Both the position numbers and the translations under genes were made by a program. The notes beneath the pieces were generated by a model. That model saw only the letters and a list, made by a program, of their open reading frames with translations. It made no database searches and was not told where the DNA came from. Of a stretch of 31,131 bases of DNA, positions 1 to 8,887 are shown piece by piece. The stretch is from Caecitellus pseudoparvulus (Eukaryota > Protista > Bigyra: Bicosoecida): positions 1-31,131 of the forward strand of contig CBFFRQ010000193.1 in the NCBI GenBank assembly GCA_965644315.1. The letters run 5' to 3'. The stretch's first letter is position 1. The number at the start of each line of letters is the position of its first letter.

Positions 1-1884
1 TAACCCTAACCCTAACCCTAACCCTAACCCTAACCCTAACCCTAACCCTAACCCTAACCCTAACCCTAACCCTAACCCTAACCCTAACCCTAACCCTAAC
101 CCTAACCCTAACCCTAACCCTAACCCTAACCCTAACCCTAACCCTAACCCTAACCCTAACCCTAACCCTAACCCTAACCCTAACCCTAACCCTAACCCTA
201 ACCCTAACCCTAACCCTAACCCTAACCCTAACCCTAACCCTAACCCTAACCCTAACCCTAACCCTAACCCTAACCCTAACCCTAACCCTAACCCTAACCC
301 TAACCCTAACCCTAACCCTAACCCTAACCCTAACCCTAACCCTAACCCTAACCCTAACCCTAACCCTAACCCTAACCCTAACCCTAACCCTAACCCTAAC
401 CCTAACCCTAACCCTAACCCTAACCCTAACCCTAACCCTAACCCTAACCCTAACCCTAACCCTAACCCTAACCCTAACCCTAACCCTAACCCTAACCCTA
501 ACCCTAACCCTAACCCTAACCCTAACCCTAACCCTAACCCTAACCCTAACCCTAACCCTAACCCTAACCCTAACCCTAACCCTAACCCTAACCCTAACCC
601 TAACCCTAACCCTAACCCTAACCCTAACCCTAACCCTAACCCTAACCCTAACCCTAACCCTAACCCTAACCCTAACCCTAACCCTAACCCTAACCCTAAC
701 CCTAACCCTAACCCTAACCCTAACCCTAACCCTAACCCTAACCCTAACCCTAACCCTAACCCTAACCCTAACCCTAACCCTAACCCTAACCCTAACCCTA
801 ACCCTAACCCTAACCCTAACCCTAACCCTAACCCTAACCCTAACCCTAACCCTAACCCTAACCCTAACCCTAACCCTAACCCTAACCCTAACCCTAACCC
901 TAACCCTAACCCTAACCCTAACCCTAACCCTAACCCTAACCCTAACCCTAACCCTAACCCTAACCCTAACCCTAACCCTAACCCTAACCCTAACCCTAAC
1001 CCTAACCCTAACCCTAACCCTAACCCTAACCCTAACCCTAACCCTAACCCTAACCCTAACCCTAACCCTAACCCTAACCCTAACCCTAACCCTAACCCTA
1101 ACCCTAACCCTAACCCTAACCCTAACCCTAACCCTAACCCTAACCCTAACCCTAACCCTAACCCTAACCCTAACCCTAACCCTAACCCTAACCCTAACCC
1201 TAACCCTAACCCTAACCCTAACCCTAACCCTAACCCTAACCCTAACCCTAACCCTAACCCTAACCCTAACCCTAACCCTAACCCTAACCCTAACCCTAAC
1301 CCTAACCCTAACCCTAACCCTAACCCTAACCCTAACCCTAACCCTAACCCTAACCCTAACCCTAACCCTAACCCTAACCCTAACCCTAACCCTAACCCTA
1401 ACCCTAACCCTAACCCTAACCCTAACCCTAACCCTAACCCTAACCCTAACCCTAACCCTAACCCTAACCCTAACCCTAACCCTAACCCTAACCCTAACCC
1501 TAACCCTAACCCTAACCCTAACCCTAACCCTAACCCTAACCCTAACCCTAACCCTAACCCTAACCCTAACCCTAACCCTAACCCTAACCCTAACCCTAAC
1601 CCTAACCCTAACCCTAACCCTAACCCTAACCCTAACCCTAACCCTAACCCTAACCCTAACCCTAACCCTAACCCTAACCCTAACCCTAACCCTAACCCTA
1701 ACCCTAACCCTAACCCTAACCCTAACCCTAACCCTAACCCTAACCCTAACCCTAACCCTAACCCTAACCCTAACCCTAACCCTAACCCTAACCCTAACCC
1801 TAACCCTAACCCTAACCCTAACCCTAACCCTAACCCTAACCCTAACCCTAACCCTAACCCTAACCCTAACCCCTAACCCCTAAC
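1..1884 (+). repeat. Terminal telomeric array (TAACCC)n, the C-rich strand of a TTAGGG telomere
   Basis: Perfect TAACCC hexamers from base 1 to 1866, then two TAACCCC variants and a partial TAAC at the junction. Confidence 0.99.
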
Positions 1885-2107
1885 TTTCCAAATGTCAAGC
1901 TAATCACAAGTTGTGAAGTGCTAACATTGCCTAATCCAGGCGCTCGTGCACCCAAGTGTGGTGTTGCACAGTGCTTGCTGGTTGGGTGGTGCGCACCGGG
2001 GCGGGGTAGTGCGAATTCCGCACACCATCGCACCGTGGCTCCCAGTTTGCGCCCTCGGTCGGGGCATGCACCTGGGATCGACATCAAAAGCATCATTGAC
2101 AAGCATC

Positions 2108-4192
2108 ATGAACGCCCAAGTGGATCAAGTCCTGGGGGTCCTCTTCGTGGAGGGGTGCCTGAAGCGCAAGCAAGTGCTCGGCCCCAGAACAGGTGTCTTC
2201 ACTGACATGCCACGTCGGGGTGCCGCACGCACCTTCGAGCTTGGAGGACCCCTGCCCAAGACTGATCATGATAGTTCATCTTCGGCACGGGACATGTGGC
2301 TCGAGGTCTATGGGGAAGCCGCCGAACGGCTGATCCCAGGGCTGAGTGCGGAATTCGGCAACGCCAATGCGGCCCTGCGCCAGGGACCCACCGGATCGCC
2401 AACCATCCTCGTCACGCTCGGAAGTGAGGGTGATTCACCAACAGTGGCACGTCAACTTCGCATTCTTGCTGCTCAAGAGGACGACTTCGCCATTCGAGTC
2501 GGCCAAGGTGGGTTCGTCGCCGTGGCCTACACCAACACCAAGCAGTTCGCATCGGCGAAGGCGAAAGTGAAGGTGAAGGCCCACCCCACCGCCATCCAAG
2601 TGGCCCACCAAGTGACCAAGGAAGCAACCGAAATCGCCTGCCAGTCAGGTGATGTTGCCAAGGTCATGTGCCTCGTTAGGTCCCACTTCGACCATGGCCC
2701 CGTGCCAGCCCAAGCCGTCCGTCCCAGTGTCAGACAATCCGTCCCCTCCGAGGGTGATGCACCTGTCGACACCAAGACACCATCGACCTGGACTGACACT
2801 CAGCTCGACAAGGCACCGAAGAAGAAGAAGACCCGTCGAGGCAAGCGAGGAAAGGGCAAGTCAGCCGGACGATCCCTCACCTTCGAGGACGTCTTCATCA
2901 AGAACGTCCGGCCACCTGCACCTCGACCAACCTCACCACCTGCCACCCAAGGCTCACCCAAAGATACCGTCACCACCCCTGTGGTGCATGCCATGTTGCC
3001 TTCATCAAGGGTGCAGCGGGGCGTCGACCGCAAGTGGCCGTCCCCCACCCCGTCGGGCGAGGCAAGCCCCGAGGTGCACCGGTATCGGCCGTCTGCAGCA
3101 GCAGCATGGGAGGTGATCACAAGGGTGGTGCCTCTTCATGACAGTGTGCGGACACCCGAGCACCTGGCCGAGTACCCCATCAAGCCTGGCCCTCTGGCCG
3201 ACCTGCTGTCATCGACCCACGTGTACTCTAACGTGGGGGGGCGGGCCTGTGTCCAGGCCTGTCTCGAGACGGCAGCAGGGGAGAGGGTCTTCGAGGCTGG
3301 GGACCTCCTCCTACTCCAGCATGCAGCCACCATCAACGCTGCCCAGCTTGCCTTCAAGCACATGGTCAGGCAGCTGGAGGGGGTGGTCAGTGACTCGTCC
3401 AGCTCGGACATCATGGACGTCGGCCAGAAGCCACCCTCCCCCTTCCGCTCAGACGGGCAACGGGTGGCCGTCTTCCGCAACATGCTGCACCAGCACTCGC
3501 CGGATGACACCTTCCTGGCCCCAGGTACACCACCAGTCCTGCTTCCCGGCCTGCACCTGCTCATCGACCGCATCAACCAAGGGTACCGTGCCCCAGCCGG
3601 GCATGATGACCTTGGCCAGGCCGGCGTCGACCCCAGCCAGGTTGATGAAGAGGGTGACCAAGAGGGGCACCTCGACGGAGTGCTGTATGCCTTCGCACTT
3701 CGAGAGGTGTGGACCGACAACACGGCCCATCTGCAGCTCATCCTCGTCGACCATGATCGAGGCAAGCTGGTGCTGTGGAACCCCGACATCCCTGACCTCC
3801 ATGACGAGCTGCCCCTGCACAAGTGCATGACCCGGCTGGCAGCCGAAGGCATCAACGTCTTGTACCGGATCTGGACCACACCCGAGGCGGGCAGTCCAGC
3901 ACCCTTCCGGGACAGGCTTCGAGGGGCACTCCAGTCTCTCCGAGATGACTTCCCCCCCCTGCCTCACAAGGCCACCGACGGCACCGTGCACCCCCAGACC
4001 CTCATCGCTGGCAAGGGCACAAGGGTGGCCATGCCTCATGGGCGGATGACCCGACAGCAGGCCGCCACCCTGGAGGCTGAGGTCAAGGACCCCCTCAAGC
4101 GGCTGGTGCCTGAAGACGGCGAGGGTCGCCTGCCCAAGGTCAAGGATGTGCCCCACATCTCGATCGGGCAGATGGGTGGACGCCTGATGTAA
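2108..4192 (+). CDS. ORF1-like protein of about 694 aa: possible N-terminal RRM, basic patch, Pro/Thr linker, possible OTU-like cysteine protease domain
   Basis: Intact ORF (track 1946..4192; ATG at 2108 chosen, alternative ATG at 2066). GQGGFVAVAYTNTKQFASAKAKV resembles RNP1 plus helix. Basic patch KKKKTRRGKRGKGK. GGRAC...GHLDGVLYAFAL...LQLILVD...INVLY...GTVHPQTL follows the OTU motif order. The ORF is solid; the domain calls are tentative. Confidence 0.7.
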   Translation: MNAQVDQVLGVLFVEGCLKRKQVLGPRTGVFTDMPRRGAARTFELGGPLPKTDHDSSSSARDMWLEVYGEAAERLIPGLSAEFGNANAALRQGPTGSPTILVTLGSEGDSPTVARQLRILAAQEDDFAIRVGQGGFVAVAYTNTKQFASAKAKVKVKAHPTAIQVAHQVTKEATEIACQSGDVAKVMCLVRSHFDHGPVPAQAVRPSVRQSVPSEGDAPVDTKTPSTWTDTQLDKAPKKKKTRRGKRGKGKSAGRSLTFEDVFIKNVRPPAPRPTSPPATQGSPKDTVTTPVVHAMLPSSRVQRGVDRKWPSPTPSGEASPEVHRYRPSAAAAWEVITRVVPLHDSVRTPEHLAEYPIKPGPLADLLSSTHVYSNVGGRACVQACLETAAGERVFEAGDLLLLQHAATINAAQLAFKHMVRQLEGVVSDSSSSDIMDVGQKPPSPFRSDGQRVAVFRNMLHQHSPDDTFLAPGTPPVLLPGLHLLIDRINQGYRAPAGHDDLGQAGVDPSQVDEEGDQEGHLDGVLYAFALREVWTDNTAHLQLILVDHDRGKLVLWNPDIPDLHDELPLHKCMTRLAAEGINVLYRIWTTPEAGSPAPFRDRLRGALQSLRDDFPPLPHKATDGTVHPQTLIAGKGTRVAMPHGRMTRQQAATLEAEVKDPLKRLVPEDGEGRLPKVKDVPHISIGQMGGRLM

Positions 4193-4606
4193 GTCACCTG
4201 TGGGGGCATACTCCCTGTGCCACACATGACTGAAGCTTTGTGTCGCGACCGACGCACATAGCTGACATCGGACATTGGAAAGTCCAACCCAACCTCACCA
4301 TCACCAACCCAACATCGATACCAACACATCAGGACTCGGCTCAGTGGAAGGGGAAGGCACTTGCAGCAAGATCTGTGAGGCCGCCCCCAAACCTGAGCCG
4401 AAGGGACAGCCGGGCTGGGTCGTGTGCTTGCATCTCAGCAACACCCAGTCCGTGTCGAGTCCATATCCTCCAGCCCACACCGCCACCCAAGCCAAGCAAG
4501 TCGGGTCTCCACCCCTGGACATCGGACCGAGACGGACGAGACTGGACTGGACGGACAAGACAAGAGTGGACCGAGACCTGGACCTACACCTCAAGACCAT
4601 CCCACC

Positions 4607-4807
4607 GGGGCGGGCGCTGAAGCGCCAAGACAGACGGCGACTTATACAACGGACACGAGTCTGTGCTAGTCGCAAAGCCGTGCAAGCGGTGCCGTCGTGG
4701 TGTCTGTGTCACTGCATTCTGTTGTGGCGCAGGTGGCACCACATGTCCAAGCCCAAGCTGTACCATGATGTAGCCTGCATGGAGGCAATCTGCAATGCAT
4801 TGAGTAG
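4607..4807 (+). other. Conserved structured 3'-terminal RNA element, copy A
   Basis: Shares blocks ATACAACGGAC, GTGGTG, TGCATTC, GGCACCAC, GCCCAAGCTGTACC, GGAGGCAA and TGCAATGCATTGAGT with 8686-8887; the stems covary between copies. Confidence 0.8.
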
Positions 4808-4873
4808 CTAACCCTAACCCTAACCCTAACCCTAACCTAACCCTAACCTAACCCTAACCCTAACCTAACCTAA
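4808..4873 (+). repeat. Short internal telomeric tract with TAACC variants
   Basis: 11 units, of which 4 are TAACC pentamers, plus a terminal TAA; same orientation as the terminal array. Confidence 0.97.
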
Positions 4874-7800
4874 GCGAAGTTCCAGGTTCAGCACCGCATC
4901 AGGGAGCTTACACTGGCCGACCCATTCACTGCGCACCAACACATCCGAAAGTTGGCTGGGAAGAAGCGGAAAGGCACAGTGTCCTGCATCCAGTCAGTAC
5001 TCGACAGCAACGGAACACTCATCACGGAACCTGCTCTCGTTCGGTCCACAGTGCGGGACCACATGTCCCAAATCATCAGCTCCCCCCCTCTAGAGCTTGC
5101 CCCACTGAAGTTCGGTTTGGCCCGGCTGCTGCCGTCTGCACAAGATGCCACCGCCTCTCATGATGCTTGGGTCCCAAGTGTGGACCTCATCATGAGAAAG
5201 ATCCAGTCACTCAACCTACACCGCAACCCTGGCACTGGAAGCTTCCAAGCTGAACATCTGAAGTACGCCAGTGAAGCCTTCAGGAAGAAGTATGCTGTTA
5301 CCCTCCGCCAAGCCATCAGCACTGGCTCCTGCCCTGAGGAGTACCACTGTGGCGTCGGGACTCTCATCCCAAAGGCCGCTAGCCAACCCGGACGAGTACA
5401 GACATACCGCCTCATTGTTTGTCGCCCACCTCAAGCCAAGCTGTTCTTCTCTGTGGTAGCAGCTTGTGTAGAAGACTGGGTCCAAAGGTGGATCTCTCCA
5501 GAACAAGCTGGCTTTACTCATGCTCGAAACACGCATGAACAGATACTAGCACTACAAGAAACTTCTGCTGCGTATCTTCGAACAAAGCCGGACGCCAGTG
5601 TCCTCATACTCTTTGTTGACTTCAGAAGCGCCTTCGATACTGTCAGTCACGGTGCGATCATTGAGATCCTTGAGAGCGCAAATCTCCCGAGCGCCCTACT
5701 CGAATGTGTGAAAGACTACATGCGGCGAGCTTCTGTTGCCATCCACACGGGGCACGGCCTCTGCAACCCCCTACCGGTGACAAACGGTGTCCCACAGGGT
5801 GGAGCCCTGTCGCCTCTTCTGTTCAAAATTGCCATAGATGTCCTCTCTCACCGGCTCAGAGAACTACCAAAGCAGGGGGTGGCGGGTGCAGGAGTGCCCA
5901 CACCCCGAGGCCGAGTCACCCACACGCTGTATGCGGATGATCTGGCCTGCCTGGCTACCACACCAGCTGCCCTCCACCGAATGTTTCTCGAAGTCAAATC
6001 TGTGGGCAGTCGTGTTGGACTGACCATAAACCCCAACAAGTCAGGTGTCATGATCTTGACTGGAGCGCAACATGTCAGAGGCATATCAGCGACAGAGAGA
6101 CGAAAGCTGGTCTGGAGATCCCGCTGGCTCAAGTCTGGGGAGATGTTGAAAGTAAAGGGGGCGCCCATCCAACGTACGAGTGTCTACTCGTACCTTGGTG
6201 CCCCACTTTCAGAAAACTTCAGCCGCACCAGGCTGCTTGCCTTGAAGCATGCAACACAATCTTGCACCCGGGCTGGCTTCGCCTGCGGTGCCCTCCTTAG
6301 TGGCGTCTGGCTTAGCCCAAGTCTCAAACAGCGGGTCGGTGCTGCAGCTGTCAACAGCGCCGCCGACTACATCCTTGCCTCTCAGGTCAGCAACTCCGTG
6401 CTACCTCTTCGAGATCTTGACCGAGGACTGGCCATTGCCTTCTCTAAGGCCCAGCTTGGCATGCAGAGTTCACTAGCTCGGATGCACAACTATGCAAAGT
6501 TGGCTGTGTGTGGCATCCTGCCAGCACACATCCGAGCGACAAGATTACGCAGCAACATCTTCAAAAAGTTGCTGAAGAACTTGCACAGCCCCACGCCTAT
6601 AGTCAAAGCCCTGTCATCCAGCCTTCATCAAGCCCTGCGCCAGCTTCCGCCCACCATGGACATGGCCTTTGTCTTTCAGGCCAATGTCCGCCTGGATAGG
6701 AAAGGACCGGGAGGAGTTCCAGACCCCTGGGCCCTGCACGGTCTCCTTGACCTTTGGCTACATGGTTGCCTCCCTGATCGCCGGGCACTTGAGGCAGCCT
6801 GCCAAGAGCCAGCCGCAGACTCATCACCCGAAGCACAGGGGATCGACATCCTTGCTCGGTTGGATCCCCCTCCAACCAAGGCCCAACTCCTTGGACTTGC
6901 TGCCCCGGAGCTGTCAGACCTCTCCCAACCCCCAACCTTCCCAGACAAGACCTCTTGGTCGATCAGACAACATGTAGTCGCCTCGTTCCTCCATGTTGCA
7001 CAAGCGGTTCAATGCCAAGAAGTTGGCTACACCACCACTGGCGAGATGAAGCGCTCAAGGCGGCCTAAGGAGTTCCACGTTGGACTGGGGGCCTGTTTCT
7101 TCACATGGCTCCACCCCATCCCCTCTTCTGTAAACCCACTCTTTTGGGTCCATGAAGATGACCAACAAAGCCGAGTCAAGATCCACCTCTGGCAAACGCT
7201 GCAGGTCTTCAATGGGGGAGACACCCCCACACTCTTCAGCGAATGTCCCTTGTGTCATGGAGTTTCATGGTGTACACTCCATGAACATGTCCTCTTTGAC
7301 TGCCCTCATTACAAACTGCAACCATCGCGGACGAACGCAATGGTTGCAGTGCGGAATTTCCTAGAGCGGTCAAATGACGCGGTGAGGGGGGTGGCCAACG
7401 CCCAACACCTTGAAGTGCCCCCCCTCATCCTGGATGCTGTTGTCCGGGCTGCCGAAGGCCGCTTTGTGGGCCGACCGGGTCGCTTGATCCTTCTTCGCCT
7501 TCTACTGTGCGGCCAGTGGCCCCACCGGTGGGGCCAGCCTCCAACACAGCAGCTTTGGAGACCTGAGGCGGCCGCAGTCCTGAGCAACCCTCATGTTGCT
7601 CTCCGCGGCCCCTCAGGTCCTCTCCGCCCTCCCAAGTACTGGAAACAAGCTCTGGCTGCCGCCACGAGCTTCTCTGTATCTGCGTGGGACGTGCTGGTAA
7701 CATGCATGCTGGGACGTACCTCACAGGCTGATCGCCATGTCCAGGTACACGCCAGGTACCTGTGGTGGGCTGCCCATGGCCTCACGAGTCCACTTCCAGG

Positions 7801-8044
7801 CTTCTCCACCCCTGACCCAACCGCTGTGAGAAAGCATACGCGACATGTTCGCACGCGGCGCTTTGAACGGACTTACTTTCCTGTCAGGGCTGAGCGCAGG
7901 CCTCCTCGCTCCTTCACGAGGCAGGCCACTCTCCTTGATTTTGGTCTCGCACGGCCCGAAGCCCGTGATGACCCTCCATCACCCTCTTCCAACTCGGCCA
8001 TGTCCTCCGAGATGTCCTTGGAAAGTCCATCGTCTTCTGAATAG
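4874..8044 (+). CDS. LINE-type reverse transcriptase (ORF2-like, 5'-partial) with C-terminal CCHC zinc knuckle
   Basis: Motifs YRLI, ISPEQAGF, FVDFRSAFDTVSH, GVPQGGALSPLLF, LYADD (YADD at 5930-5941), GLTINPNKS and YSYLG. Knuckle CPLC-x9-EHVLFDC at 7244-7303. The frame is open from 4874 (AKFQVQHRIRELTLADPFTAHQHIRKLAGKK), with no ATG until about 5064. Confidence 0.96.
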   Translation, partial: AKFQVQHRIRELTLADPFTAHQHIRKLAGKKRKGTVSCIQSVLDSNGTLITEPALVRSTVRDHMSQIISSPPLELAPLKFGLARLLPSAQDATASHDAWVPSVDLIMRKIQSLNLHRNPGTGSFQAEHLKYASEAFRKKYAVTLRQAISTGSCPEEYHCGVGTLIPKAASQPGRVQTYRLIVCRPPQAKLFFSVVAACVEDWVQRWISPEQAGFTHARNTHEQILALQETSAAYLRTKPDASVLILFVDFRSAFDTVSHGAIIEILESANLPSALLECVKDYMRRASVAIHTGHGLCNPLPVTNGVPQGGALSPLLFKIAIDVLSHRLRELPKQGVAGAGVPTPRGRVTHTLYADDLACLATTPAALHRMFLEVKSVGSRVGLTINPNKSGVMILTGAQHVRGISATERRKLVWRSRWLKSGEMLKVKGAPIQRTSVYSYLGAPLSENFSRTRLLALKHATQSCTRAGFACGALLSGVWLSPSLKQRVGAAAVNSAADYILASQVSNSVLPLRDLDRGLAIAFSKAQLGMQSSLARMHNYAKLAVCGILPAHIRATRLRSNIFKKLLKNLHSPTPIVKALSSSLHQALRQLPPTMDMAFVFQANVRLDRKGPGGVPDPWALHGLLDLWLHGCLPDRRALEAACQEPAADSSPEAQGIDILARLDPPPTKAQLLGLAAPELSDLSQPPTFPDKTSWSIRQHVVASFLHVAQAVQCQEVGYTTTGEMKRSRRPKEFHVGLGACFFTWLHPIPSSVNPLFWVHEDDQQSRVKIHLWQTLQVFNGGDTPTLFSECPLCHGVSWCTLHEHVLFDCPHYKLQPSRTNAMVAVRNFLERSNDAVRGVANAQHLEVPPLILDAVVRAAEGRFVGRPGRLILLRLLLCGQWPHRWGQPPTQQLWRPEAAAVLSNPHVALRGPSGPLRPPKYWKQALAAATSFSVSAWDVLVTCMLGRTSQADRHVQVHARYLWWAAHGLTSPLPGFSTPDPTAVRKHTRHVRTRRFERTYFPVRAERRPPRSFTRQATLLDFGLARPEARDDPPSPSSNSAMSSEMSLESPSSSE

Positions 8045-8685
8045 GCGGGGATCTGTGAGAGACAAAGCGCGGAAACAGGCAAGCTTACATGTGTATCGTG
8101 GTGAGAACCACGGTCGTGGTTGACTGCGAAGGCGAGGCTGCTACATGCGCTGTCCTTGATGCTTGGTTTTCTCTGTGAAAAGCAAGGTTATTGGAAAGTG
8201 AATGTTGTCAGTATACGTACCTGTGTCTTTGAGGTCCACAGAAAGACCCACTGGCGGCTCTGCGATGTTGTGGGCGGAATTTGGGAGCGTGAACAGACGG
8301 GCGCCGTGTGCAACGCCGCACGCGGAACTTACAGGTCCGCCACGTCCTGATAGATGATGTGGCTGGAACACCTGTGAACAAGGGAGCAAGCTGGTGTGTT
8401 CTTGGTGGGCGGGGGGACGTTGTTCCGGCGGTGCGCGCTGCTACCACCGGCGTGGTGCAGTGCAGCACCGCCATGAAACGCCACCCCCCAAGGCGGCCAC
8501 TGCGGCTCAGTTCAACGCGCAGTGGCCCCAGGCACACGTGCAGTGCCTGGCAGAGGCCAAGAGATCTGGGGGACTGATGAATTATGATGCGAAATGTGGA
8601 CTGGGACGAAGTAGGAGTGGGCCCGGCCCCCTCTGGCTCAGCCGACTGAGCCGAGAGGGCGCGGGAGGGACAGTTCAGCATGTAT

Positions 8686-8887
8686 GGGCGGGCGCGGGCG
8701 CGCCCTAGCAAGCGGCGGCTCATACAACGGACGTATGTCCGTGATGGCTGCAGACCCACGAGAGTGGGAGCCGCTGTGGTGCCTACTGCAGTGCATTCGT
8801 GTGCTGTGGTACGCAAGGCACCACGAGTGATGCCCAAGCTGTACCGTGCAAGAGTGTGCGGAGGCAAGTTGCAATGCATTGAGTGAG
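8686..8887 (+). other. Conserved structured 3'-terminal RNA element, copy B
   Basis: Homologous to 4607-4807 with compensatory base changes in several hairpins. Confidence 0.8.

Larger units (their letters stand above)
1885..4807 (+). mobile_element. Unit A: RT-less telomere-associated retroelement (5' leader, single ORF1-like gene, ~0.6 kb 3' UTR)
   Basis: Bounded by telomeric tracts on both sides. Contains one long ORF with no RT motifs. The last ~200 nt are homologous to the 3' end of the RT-encoding unit B and join CTAACCC in the same register. Confidence 0.75.
4874..8887 (+). mobile_element. Unit B: 5'-truncated non-LTR retrotransposon embedded in telomeric repeats
   Basis: RT ORF is open up to the upstream telomeric tract, followed by an ~840-nt 3' UTR that ends directly in (CTAACC)n with no poly(A). 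Confidence 0.92.

Noticed and set aside
4874-8044. Penelope/Athena-type RT or telomerase, suggested by the telomeric location
   Set aside because: The motifs (QAGF, DFRSAFD, GVPQG..LSPLLF, YADD, CCHC knuckle) are those of LINE-type RTs.
7304-8044. Restriction-like endonuclease downstream of the CCHC knuckle, as in R2/CRE/MoTeR
   Set aside because: No recognisable RH...PD...(D/E)xK motif series.
8574-8594. Hammerhead ribozyme core-like CTGATGA...GAAA in the unit B 3' UTR
   Set aside because: Stem II does not pair convincingly, no stem III partner with a UH cleavage site is found, and there is no counterpart in unit A.
8680-8886. Small conserved protein (RRLIQRT...PKLY) shared with ORF 4275..4811
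   Set aside because: Indels break the frame between the copies and substitutions follow base pairing rather than codons; better explained as RNA structure.
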